A DNA stretch of 64,000 bases, from positions 175,832,001 through 175,896,000 of the forward strand of contig OZ038378.1 in NCBI GenBank assembly GCA_964036045.1, read 5' to 3'. A program made the position numbers and the translations under genes. The stretch comes from Eutreptiella sp. 'Long Island Sound 2002' (lineage: Eukaryota; Protista; Euglenida). Shown piece by piece: positions 10,821-22,164 of this stretch. Each line of letters starts with the position of its first letter. The stretch's first letter is position 1. The notes below the pieces were generated by a model. That model saw only the letters and a list, made by a program, of their open reading frames with translations. It was not told where the DNA came from and searched no databases.

Positions 10821-13800
10821 ATTGTTACACAAGTGCCTGTGGTATGCCCTGGATGTTCCCTCCCTATCTGCCAATGTTAGGTCTGTCATGTGGGGAATTG
10901 GTTACAAGATGTATCCTGGACGGTGGTGGCAAGGGGTACTTCGTCGATTCTGGCACAAAAATTCTTTGGAGTCACTACTACCCCTCAAAGGGGTACTTCT
11001 GTGGGTGCGGGCTGGTGCCCTGCATGGAGCCCGTGGTTGATGACTGGCCACACATCCTAGCGTGGGGGAGGGGGCGGAGGGGGCCGTGGGGGAACGGCGG
11101 GTGCCCTTCCCCCATGGGCCTAGCAGATGGTGTGCATGACCATGACAGCCCGTGTTGTTGCTTACTTGTGGTGAAGGTAAGAATTATCGAAACACACTGA
11201 ATTTTGTAATTTGCATGCACTTAGAGGCCCTTGATACAAAGGTGGGGGGAGGGGGGGGCACAGCCCAGGTCTTCAATATTCCAGCAGGGCTTGGCAAACA
11301 CAACAACAGTGCGTGTGTTGCAAGTGAGAGATGGCTTTGCCAGTAGCTACTGCTCGCAACTCGCGCAACAAATTAGGCAAATGCACAATGCATCTTCAAA
11401 CAAAGGCATGGGTAGATATGTGGCCATAATAGATCAAGTGTGCCATTTGTGCAATGCAACGGCACCTAAATTTAAGCACCATTCAACACACCCGAGGCAT
11501 CCAGACTGGGTCAAGGAGGGGCGTAAAATAGACTGTGCTCCAACAGATTGACCACCACTCAATATGGGATTCAGACATCCACACAGATTGCCGAATCTTG
11601 TGGCCCCCCGTCTCAGCATATGAGGTCGATCCATTCATCTCTGTGAATAACTTGGCAGGGAATGGCACAGGGCTTGCCAAACCCTGGATAGTATCAGACA
11701 AAGTGAAGTGGCACAGAGATTTGTGCAACCAGCTGCAATCCATCACTTCTAGTAAAAAAAGCCCCTATCCCAGGTTCCCTTCAGATGAGAGCATGTGGGC
11801 TCCATCCTGCACCAGGGTGAGTGTGCAGTGGTGTGACCGTCGGCTCTCACAATAAGTCTTGGAGGACCACCAGTACGCACCTGCTGTGGGAGCAATGGCC
11901 AAACTGGTTTTGAAGAGACAACCCTAGCGCATGCTGGACAGGCAGGCGCGCGCACGCGCGCGCACACACACACATGAAGCGGACAAACAGGCAACCAAGC
12001 GTTGTCTGAGTGTATCTTGCCTCGTGAGGACGCAAACACACACGCGCGCACACACACACACGCACACACACACAATATACAGGTTGAGAGTCTTGAAAAT
12101 CTACACTCCCTCCGCCTGACCGATGGCCGAAGTCAGGAAAAATGACGATCAGACGGGGATCCCGTGCCTCAACAGGCTGTGCTAACGCGCAACCAAGGAA
12201 ACCGGTTCTTGGGAGCTTTGAGCTGACCCTGCCTAACTGCTGTTTTTCTGATTGCAGTTTCCTTTTTCTTTTTGTCTTGTTATGTTTGTGAGCTTTTGTG
12301 AACGAAGAGTTGCTCCCATAACAACTTTCTGCTTGAGGCTGCAAACCATCTCTGTTTGTTTTGACATATTTTTCAGCCAATATTGCAGCACTGCTTAGAG
12401 CAGGCTTGCGCAAGGGGTGGGGAGGTTGATGATGACCTGTGTCCACACGTGCAGTGATCAGGACATTGATTGCACAGATTAGTGCCCAATTGGACACCGT
12501 GAGTGCTTGCTGCCCGTTGCCGTTGGCATTTAAAATCGACATATCTTCGGTTGCCTGTGCCTTTTCGGTGTGTGGCGTCGACATGACCATTCCTGTTACC
12601 TGACGAAGAGCTACTCGCTCATCCCTTGTTGTGTGCGCTTTGTTGGCTATGCGTGTGTCTGTGTGGATGCGCATGCATGCCGTGTGCATGTGTCTGGTCA
12701 TGGTTAGGAACTCGGAAGCCTCTCGCAATGGAGCGGGTTGAACTTGGGTTTCTGCGTTTGGGTCATGTAGGGGGGGTGCCACACGCATGCACGCATGCAG
12801 GCATGTGCCACCCTCGACACACACGTATGCTCGCCCCCTCCCCGCACCACAAGCCCCGCACAAACACACTCGCAGGGGCGAGCTTGTGGAAATACGAAAC
12901 CTCAGTCATGGTATGATTTACACATGGCCAAATTGGGTTTCGCTCGCTCGAAAAAAAAACCTGGTGGCACGGATCAACATTGAGCCCCCCCCCCCCCCCC
13001 CGCAACGCAACGCAAAGCAACCAACGCAACGCAACCATGTGACGAAAGGAGGATCGAGCGCATCCCTCTCTTGAAATTTGGGTGGGGGCACTCTGTAGGG
13101 GCCCTGGAAAAAAGCGGTCAAAGGGGTCTGAATATCCACAAAGAAATAAGAACCTTGTTCCCATTTGCGAGCAAAGCCACTCATCACCAACATCATCATG
13201 GCTTGTCTCTTCTTGGACACCCGTCGCCTCACTCCTTTACCAACTAAACATCTCGGTTTTGTTGAAAAAATCCGGAACACAACCAACGCAATGCAAAGAA
13301 GCACAAAGTGTTTCTCATACAACCCGGTTGAGCTAGGAGCCCCATAGGGGAAGCCCATTGGGGAAGCATGTTAGGTAAAGCAGCACAATAATGAGGGGTG
13401 GGGGATGGGTAGCACGCGGCACTAATATCGGCATAATAGGCATCCGGTTGCGGATTAGGTGGAGGGATCAAGTTTCGGCAGTTTTGGTCAATTCAAGCCT
13501 TGGAAATGTCCGAGGAAAGGTGTTGTCATCAAGCTAAAGGGTAGTATTCGAAAGAGGGTTGCATGATAGTTGAGACATGCTATTGTACACCGGCGTCGTG
13601 TGTGCATGGCTCTCCAAGGCTATTGTTTTCAAGTGCCAACTTTGAAACGCGTGAAAGTAGGAATGCCCTAGCATAAATTAGCGGGCCACACACCATGTGC
13701 ACGGCAAGGGAAAGGAAATGCAAATGGCCAAATTGACCTTGCAAGGTTACGCAATGCGAAGTTGACGACAAACGGGAAGCAACCCAATTCAACTACCAAA

Positions 13801-14476
13801 ACGAAATCGGACCAAGGGCACGAAGAAAGCAAGAAAAACTGCTCATGACAGCACCAAAGGCCACGAAAGAAGAGTATAATGAATCGTCGTAGCCCCCGAG
13901 CCACAACAACCCCCCTATATTCGACATAGAGGCCACATAGCAACACAACCAACACAATGTGTGGTTGCACAGCAAAGATGTGGATGGATGCGGCCAAATA
14001 TGAAGCCCGATGCATGGGCAAGCCGCATCAGAGGTGGCTAGCTAAAGCTAAAGCTGTGTTTGTTAGCAAGATGCGGTCATGCCGATTGTGTTTCTTCGAT
14101 TCCGCATCACCTGGGACGAGGATGGTTGAGACCAACTCGACGTTGGTGCACAAAAAGAAACCATCGGCATAAATATCCACGCAATAGCTTCCCAGATACT
14201 TATGCTTCTTTGAACCGAAAAATAGAATGTGACTCCGAAGTTCCAGCCATGTCGTAGTCGTTGTGTATCCGCTATCGTTGCACGAGTGACACCAACCCAT
14301 GCACAAGGCCGGTATCCTTCGTGTGGTGGACCGTGTGGGGCGGCATAGGTTATGGGCAAAGGTAGGTTAGAGTATTTTGGTTTGCGGTCGCCAACATGGC
14401 AACACAACGCGCGGCACGTTCCTTGGGACACACAACTTGGGTAACTCTTGGGGTTTCCACGGAGGATGATGCGTGA

Positions 14477-14944
14477 TTATGCTGACCTCTTCGAGTTTAT
14501 GGAATTAAAGATACTGCCAACGGTATTATGGAGCTTGCCGCCGCTCCCGGTTCCGGTTCGAGGGGCCGGGGTATTCAAGCCGCCGTTCTTGAATTGCGGA
14601 GTTATAATTACGTGCAAGTCCCCATGTTTGGCGTTTTGTAGATGGAGCCATTGATCATTTGGCTCTCCTTGAACCAAGCTGTGCAGAGTCATACGATAGG
14701 TTCCGAGGAGATCGGAACCGAGGAAGTCTTTGTCCCGGCACTCGAAGTATAGCTCCGCCATGTGGGGATCTGAGACCTTGAAAATGAACCGCTGTTGCCA
14801 GACTGGATCCAACGTCTTCTTCATCACCACCGTCTTGTGTTGAGTTCCCTCACATTCCAGGACAACAAAGGGGTCACTTTTCCCATTCCAATCTTTCGCC
14901 ATCAGATTGCGAGCCTCGACGACAACAACTTCCAGCGAACCCAT
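14477..14944 (-). CDS. Intronless single-C2-domain (Ca2+/phospholipid-binding) protein, 155 aa
   Basis: MGSLEVVVVEARNLMAKDWNGKSDPFVVL...KTVVMKKTLDPVW...FECRDKDFLGSDLLG is the classical C2 pattern with the Ca-binding Asp residues. Confidence 0.92.
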   Translation of the reverse strand: MGSLEVVVVEARNLMAKDWNGKSDPFVVLECEGTQHKTVVMKKTLDPVWQQRFIFKVSDPHMAELYFECRDKDFLGSDLLGTYRMTLHSLVQGEPNDQWLHLQNAKHGDLHVIITPQFKNGGLNTPAPRTGTGSGGKLHNTVGSIFNSINSKRSA

Positions 14945-14957
14945 TATAAGCAAGCGT

Positions 14958-14980
14958 CTGTATCGAAAAAGCAGAAGGTG
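14958..14980 (-). promoter_or_regulatory. Pyrimidine tract + AG acceptor 13 nt upstream of the C2 ATG (trans-splice or 5'-UTR intron acceptor)
   Basis: The minus strand reads CCTTCTGCTTTTTCGATACAG|ACGCTTGCTTATAATG. Confidence 0.5.
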
Positions 14981-15157
14981 TCCGCATTTCTACAATGTAA
15001 GAAATACTTATACTTGAACCGTATATTACGTGGATACATACATTACCAAAGTGACAAGCATTACATCACGTACATTTTCCAATGACGAAGCCTCACAATT
15101 TGCAACTTGCAAATTTCAACACTCAGGGCAAGGAGTTCACTATGGTAGGGGAAAATC

Positions 15158-15295
15158 CATGGGAGGGAAGCTTGGACTACCTTATCATGGTAGGGAAGGC
15201 TGGGCAGACTACGTCATGATGGTGGGGAAGGTTGGGGAGACTACTTCATCATGGTTAGGGAAGGTTGGGGAGACAACTTCATCATGGTGGGACTG
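15158..15295. repeat. Degenerate ~32-33-bp minisatellite (about 4 units)
   Basis: CATGGT(A/G)GGGAAGG(T/C)TGGG(G/C)AGAC(T/A)AC(T/G)TCAT units at about 15186, 15218, 15250 and 15283. Confidence 0.7.
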
Positions 15296-15384
15296 GTCCG
15301 GGGGCTTAAGTACTTTGTCATTGGACAGAGACAAAAGCAAAGCACAATGAGATGCAAAAATACAATAAACCACATGGCATGTGT

Positions 15385-15565
15385 GACAAGTGTGACATGT
15401 GCCCAAGCAGGACACTGCCCGTACCGAGGTGGCTAGCGTGGCAGTCTCTCAAAAATTCTGGAAACCTAAGCAAAATTAGATGCAAACATACACAACCGCA
15501 TGTCAAGCGTGACCTGTGCCCAAGCAGGACACTGTCCGTACCGAGGTGGCTGGCTTGGCAGTCAC
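15385..15565. repeat. ~60-bp direct repeat, two copies
   Basis: GTGAC(A/C)TGTGCCCAAGCAGGACACTG(C/T)CCGTACCGAGGTGGCT occurs near 15391 and 15508. Confidence 0.75.
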
Positions 15566-16732
15566 CCAAATAATCGTGGAAACCTCGCACCACACGTACT
15601 ATGGAGGCCCCACGTTGCCCAAATGGCAAAAGGAGAAGGAGGAATAGGGGCAAGTATATTCCAAGCATCTCAAGAGGAAAGAACAAGAAGGATTTGCATG
15701 GTTGGCTCATTAGTCACTTGTAATGTAACCTCAATTGTGTTGGAACATTGCTTGATGACAATTCACTGCCACACTTCTTAGGAGAAAACTGGCAAGCGCA
15801 CAGTGTTTGGTGACACAAGGGAGTTTCTCTCTTTGCGATTGCACAGTACGGATTCACACCACCATCCTGTTGCTCCCTCTTGCTTAGCAAACACAGGAAG
15901 AACCAGAATTCCATGGGTCTCAAGCTGCACGTGGGAATGCTTGGTTCAACTTGGATCATCATCCGTGGAGTGCGTCATTCCATCCGTCTCAACCTGCACT
16001 TGGGAAGGCGTTTGGTCCCAACCATCACTTCTGAACTCGTCGTTCAACTGTAGTTCGCTTCCTCTTAGCGTCCTCTTCAACAAACAATCATTGATAAAGG
16101 AAGTCGTCTCACCCTGCTCGTCCCTCTGACCTTCCACAAAAGTACACAACTGTTGCTGAAGAACTCTTGAGGTTGAAAAATGACGACATTGTTTATTACC
16201 ACAAATTGCGAAACCTCTGAAAGTTCCTGTACTGCTTTTGGAATGTGTCGATACTGTCAACAATTTTATTACGGATCTGAGGCACAAAGAATTTGTTCTT
16301 AATTCAACACTATTGGAGGTCGCTGAATGGATCATGGGTTGTTCATTTGCAGATAGGGGCCCCATGGGCACATTCGTGTACAAGCACTTACTGACACACC
16401 ATAAAGGACCAACCCCCGCAAAATTAAACGAAATTAAAAGCACTTCCACAGCAGCGACAGCACGTGCGATAGACCTGGGGCGTGGCGCACACGCGCAACA
16501 GCGCAACGCGGTGACGGTATGCAGACTGCGGCCCTAGCAGACTGCGAAATGCACGAACGCACGAACAGGCGACACGCGCATTTACGACGGCCGAAAAAAC
16601 GACTGCAACTGATCTACTGCAACTGATCTTCTGCTAAAAGGCGACAAGGATGTTTTGAACCGTTCTGCAGCCCAAATTTATAAAATAATTGCATTATTTT
16701 ATCGCCAGATAAGGCAACGATACCTTGCTGGT

Positions 16733-19700
16733 AAATCCACTCCCTCCTACTCATTTTCAACTCCCTCCTACTCATTTTCAACTCCCCCCTGCTCATTTTC
16801 AACTCCCTCCAAGTGAAAATCCACTCCCTCCTACTCATTTTCAACTCCCCCCTGCTCATTTTCAACTCCCTCCAAGTCAAAATCCACTCCCTCCTACTCA
16901 TTTTCAACTCCCTCCTACTCATTTTCAACTCCCTCCAAGTGAAAATCCACTCCCTCCTACTCATTTTCAACTCCCCCCTGCTCATTTTCAACCCCCTCCA
17001 AGTCAAAATCCACTCCCTCCTACTCATTTTCAACTCCCCCCTGCTCATTTTCAACTCCCTCCAAGTGAAAATCCACTCCCTCCTACTCATTTTCAACTCC
17101 CCCCTGCTCATTTTCAACTCCCTCCAAGTGAAAATCCACTCCCTCCTACTCATTTTCAACTCCCTCCTACTTATTTTCAACTCCCCCCTGCTCATTTTCA
17201 ACTCCCTCCAAGTGAAAATCCACTCCCTCCTACTCATTTTCAACTCCCTCCTGCTCATTTTCAACTCCCTCCAAGTGAAAATCCACTCCCTCCTACTCAT
17301 TTTCAACCCCCCCCTGCTCATTTTCAACTCCCTCCAAGTCAAAATCCACTCCCTCCTACTCATTTTCAACTCCCTCCTACTCATTTTCAACCCCCCCCTG
17401 CTCATTTTCAACTCCCTCCAAGTGAAAATCCACTCCCTCCTACTCATTTTCAACTCCCTCCTACTCATTTTCAACTCTCCCCTGCTCATTTTCAACTCCC
17501 TCCAAGTCAAAATCCACTCCCCCCTACTCATTTTCAACTCCCCCCTGCTCATTTTCAACTCCCTGCAAGTGAAAATCCACTCTCTCCTACTCATTTTCAA
17601 CTCCCTCCTACTCATTTTCAACTCCCCCCTGCTCATTTTCAACTCCCTCCAAGTGAAAATCCACTCCCTCCTACTCATTTTCAACTCCCTCCTACTCATT
17701 TTCAACTCCCCCCTGCTCATTTTCAACTCCCTCCAAATGAAAATCCACTCCCTCCTACTCATTTTCAACTCCCCCCTGCTCATTTTCAACCCCCTCCAAG
17801 TCAAAATCCACTCCCTGCTACTCATTTTCAACTCCCTCCTACTCATTTTCAACTTCCCCCTGCTCATTTTCAACTCCCTCCAAGTCAAAATCCACTCCCT
17901 CCTACTCATTTTCAACTCCCCCCTGCTCATTTTCAACTCCCTCCAAGTGAAAATCCACTCCCTCCTACTCATTTTCAACTCCCCCCTGCTCATTTTCAAT
18001 TCCCTCCAAGTCAAAATCCACTCCCTCCTACTCATTTTCAACTCCCTCCTACTCATTTTCAACTCCCCCCTGCTCATTTTCAACTCCCTCCAAGTGAAAA
18101 TCCACTCCCCCCTACTCATTTTCAACTCCCTCCTACTCATTTTCAACTCCCCCCTGCTCATTTTCAACTCCCTCCAAGTCAAAATCCACTCCCTCCTACT
18201 CATTTTCAACTCCCCCCTGCTCATTTTCAACTCCCTCCAAGTGAAAATCCACTCCCTCCTACTCATTTTCAACTCCCTGCTGCTCATTTTCAACTCCCCC
18301 CTGCTCATTTTCAACCCCCTCCAAGTGAAAATCCACTCCCCTCTGCTCATTTTCAACTCCCCCCTGCTCATTTTCAACTCCCTCCAAGTGAAAATCCACT
18401 CCCTCCTACTCATTTTCAACTCTCCCCTGCTCATTTTCAACTCCCTCCAAGTCAAAATCCACTCCCCCCTACTCATTTTCAACTCCCTGCTGCTCATTTT
18501 CAACCCCCTCCAAGTGAAAATCCACTCCCTCCTACTCATTTTCAACTCCCCCCTGCTCATTTTCAACTCCCTCCAAGTGAAAATCCACTCCCTCCTACTC
18601 ATTTTCAACTCTCCCCTGCTCATTTTCAACTCCCTCCAAGTCAAAATCCACTCCCTCCTACTCATTTTCAACTCCCCCCTGCTCATTTTCAACTCCCTCC
18701 AAGTGAAAATCCACTCTCTCCTACTCATTTTCAACTCCCTGCTGCTCATTTTCAACTCCCCCCTGCTCATTTTCAACTCCCTCCAAGTGAAAATCCACTC
18801 CCTCCTACTCATTTTCAACTCCCTCCTACTCATTTTCAACTCCCCCCTGCTCATTTTCAACTCCCTCCAAGTGAAAATCCACTCCCTCCTACTCATTTTC
18901 AACTCCCCCCTGCTCATTTTTAATCCTCTCGAAGTCAAAATCCACTCCCTCCTACTCATTTTCAACTCCCTCCTACTCATTTTCAACTCTCCCCTGCTCA
19001 TTTTCAACTCCCTCCAAGTCAAAATCCAAAACCTCCTACTCATTTTCAACTCCCCCCTGCTCATTTTCAACTCCCTCCAAGTGAAAATCCACTCCCTCCT
19101 ACTCATTTTCAACTCCTCCCTGCTCATTTTCAACTCCCTCCAAGTCAAAATCCACTCCCTCCTACTCATTTTCAACTCCCTCCTACTCATTTTCAACTCC
19201 CCCCTGCTCATTTTCAACTCCCTCCAAGTGAAAATCCACTCCCTCCTACTCATTTTCAACTCCCTCCTACTCATTTTCAACTCCCCCCTGCTCATTTTCA
19301 ACTCCCTCCAAGTCAAAATCCACTCCCTCCTACTCATTTTCAACTCCCCCCTGCTCATTTTCAACTCCCTCCAAGTGAAAATCCACTCCCTCCTACTCAT
19401 TTTCAACTCCCTGCTGCTCATTTTCAACTCCCCCCTGCTCATTTTCAACCCCCTCCAAGTGAAAATCCACTCCCCCCTGCTCATTTTCAACTCCCTACTG
19501 CTCATTTTCAACTCCCTCCAAGTGAAAATCCACTCCCTCCTACTCATTTTCAACTCCCTGCTGCTCATTTTCAACTCCCCCCTGCTCATTTTCAACCCCC
19601 TCCAAGTCAAAATCCACTCCCTCCTACTCATTTTCAACTCTCCCCTGCTCATTTTCAACTCCCTCCAAGTGAAAATCCACTCCCTCCTACTCATTTTCAA

Positions 19701-20386
19701 CTCCCTGCTGCTCATTTTCAACTCCCTCCAAGTCAAAATCCACTCCCTCCTACTCATTTTCAACTCCCTCCTACTAATTTTCAACTCCCCCCTGCTCATT
19801 TTCAACTCCCTCCAAGTGAAAATCCACTCCCTCCTACTCATTTTCAACTCCCTCCTACTCATTTTCAACTCCCTCCTGCTCATTTTCAACTCCCTCCAAG
19901 TCAAAATCCACTCCCTCCTACTCATTTTCAACTCCCTCCTGCTCATTTTCAACTCCCTCCAAGTGAAAATCCACTCCCTCCTACTCATTTTCAACTCCCT
20001 GCTGCTCATTTTCAACTCCCCCCTGCTCATTTTCAACCCCCTCCAAGTGAAAATCCACTTCCCCTCGCTCATTTTCAACTCCCCCCTGCTCATTTTCAAC
20101 TCCCTCCAAGTGAAAATCCACTCCCTCCTACTCATTTTCAACTCCCTGCTGCTCATTTTCAACTCTCCCCTGCTCATTTTCAACCCCCTCTAAGTGAAAA
20201 TCCACTCCCCCCTGCTCATTTTCAACTCCCTACTGCTCATTTTCAACTCCCTCCAAGTGAAAATCCACTCCCCCCTGCTCATTTTCATCTCCCTGCTGCT
20301 CATTTTCAACTCCCCCCTGCTCATTTTCAACTCCCTCCAAGTGAAAATCCACTCCCTCCTACTCATTTTCAACTCCCTCCTACTCA
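16733..20386. repeat. 21-bp satellite, about 174 units, three main variants
   Basis: A=CCCTCCTACTCATTTTCAACT, B=CCCCCCTGCTCATTTTCAACT, C=CCCTCCAAGTGAAAATCCACT, arranged mostly as C-A-B or C-A-A-B. Confidence 0.97.
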
Positions 20387-20454
20387 CACACAAGTGTCCC
20401 CCCACCGATCCAACCATCGACTTGCACACTATTGTTGTCATTGGAAATTCCGTC

Positions 20455-20503
20455 CCTATATATATCTACATACATACATACATACATACATCTACATATA
20501 TAT

Positions 20504-20559
<56 letters not shown>

Positions 20560-20585
20560 AAATATGTATATATGTATACATATGT

Positions 20586-20657
<72 letters not shown>

Positions 20658-20687
20658 GTGTGTGTGTGGATGTGTGTGTATGTATGC

Positions 20688-20725
<38 letters not shown>

Positions 20726-20800
20726 ACATATCTACATCTATATATATATATATATATATAGATGTACATACATGTATTTGTATATATATATATGTATATA
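20455..20800. repeat. (TA)n/(TACA)n/(TG)n microsatellite block inside the Foldback-like element
   Basis: Long TATATA runs are directly visible. Confidence 0.95.
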
Positions 20801-20875
20801 TTTCACTTGGAGGGAGTAGAAATTGAGTAGAAGGGAGTGGATATTCACTTGGGAGTTGAAATTGAGGGGGAGGGA
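20800..20875 (-). repeat. Short inverted, degenerate copy of the 21-bp satellite (right arm)
   Basis: TTTCACTTGGGAGGGAGTAG...GGAGTGGATATTCACTTGGGAGTTGAAATTGAGGGGGAGGGA is the reverse complement of C/A/B-like units. Confidence 0.8.
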
Positions 20876-22164
20876 GACGATTTGCGCACAGCGCTAAACG
20901 CGTTCAAAACAGCGAAGTAAAGGGCAACGCTCGCCAATCACACATCTGTCAGTAATTAATAATAAGTGACAGAGTGATCAGAAGGTGAAATTCGAACTAA
21001 TTAGAACAACAACATAAAATTCATACCTTTCTGTCAGTTGCGCTGGTTTTTTCAGTTACGCGTGTCGCCTGTTCGTGCGCAGTCTTTCGCAGTCTGCTAG
21101 GGCCGCAGTCTGCATACCGTCACCGAGCGCAACGGCTCAATCTCTGTCCAGCCGGCGTCAGCTGCCAGCCGGCCCTTAGAAGGGCCAGCACACTGGCAAG
21201 TAAATTAACGCCATACTCACAGTTCTAACACTAACAGTTCACTGGCCCCGGAATGTGAACCGCGCGAAATATCTGCGGTCCATATTTACCTGCCCTGCCG
21301 AGCAACACTTTGCACACGCGTGTCATAGTCACTGTTCAGTGTTCCTTACACTTATGACGCCATTTGAAGTGATTGCGCAAGTGTGCCATCGGTGGATTTG
21401 CCACTTCCCAGCGACAAAGGGATTAGAATCAGCCCTTCCTCCATGTGCATCGGAGAGAATTCCATCCCATGCAAGTTGGTGACAAACGAGGCAATCCTCC
21501 CCCTTGCGCGGGAGATGCTAGCCCGTCCTCCAACCCATGGTCCCGGAGAGACGCGGCCCATCTACCACCTCAGAGGGCGTTAGGGGACAAATGATGTCAA
21601 ATGTCCGGATTAGTAGTGTACACGAAGTCTTGAGTCAACACCCCGGCCGAGTGCTTGCGCACTGTACTTGAAATCATATCGGAAGCTGAGTGTCCACGTT
21701 ACTTTGTGGAAGCATTAGCTGCAAGATTACCGTGGTGAACGCCACAATATGTGAGTGGCAAAATGCTTTGATTGCTGTAAAGGCTTCGGGTGGAAACATG
21801 CGTTTAAGAGTGAGTTTAAGGGCGAGAGACTCGAAGCCCCACCTTGTCCCGGGATCTCTGGTGCTCCCGTGCTTTTAATCTTTTGGTGTGTAATACGCCC
21901 GCTCGGTATGAGTGTCCATCGCCCCTCGTGGAACTAGCGCACGGAATACGGGGCGGGTTCGAGGGGTGTTGAACGTCGCTTGTGCATAAGTGTTTGGTTG
22001 CGCTTCCGTTGTGAAGTGCTTTTCGTTCCGCGGAAGCGCAAGCGTCTCCTTGAAGTATTCGTGGCACGCGAAGCACGAAGCACCCGTGAAACGCAAGGGC
22101 AGAAGTTGCGAATCACCACGTGTTCATTTCTTTGTAGCAATCTTGCCTTTGGGATGGCAACGGT

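Larger units (their letters stand above)
16509..21125. mobile_element. 4.6-kb non-autonomous Foldback/MULE-like TIR element
   Basis: A perfect 41-bp TIR, CGGTGACGGTATGCAGACTGCGGCCCTAGCAGACTGCGAAA (16509-16549 and 21085-21125), extends imperfectly to about 100 bp. A perfect 9-bp TSD, AGCGCAACG, flanks it (16500-16508, 21126-21134). No transposase inside. Confidence 0.88.

Noticed and set aside
12005-12013. TCTGAGTGT as a euglenid spliced-leader relic
   Set aside because: The match is only 9 nt and does not continue into the CTATTTTTTTTCG part of the leader as I recall it.
11847-13358. Minus-strand ORFs 11847-12869 (340 aa) and 12918-13358 (146 aa) as genes or SMYD exons
   Set aside because: Partly protein-like, but their ends are CA/GT microsatellite translations, no domain is recognisable and splice sites are ambiguous. 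Not supportable without RNA-seq.
16614-20193. Three very long ORFs (1189, 732 and 1126 aa) across the satellite
   Set aside because: They are translations of a 21-bp unit that lacks stop codons in those frames. The array lies inside a TIR element and there is no unique coding sequence.
16733-20386. Possible CRISPR-like array
   Set aside because: No unique spacers, only three recurring 21-mers; no cas genes; eukaryotic context.
20194-20826. YIYIYI/IYIY ORFs
   Set aside because: Artefacts of the (TA)n microsatellite.
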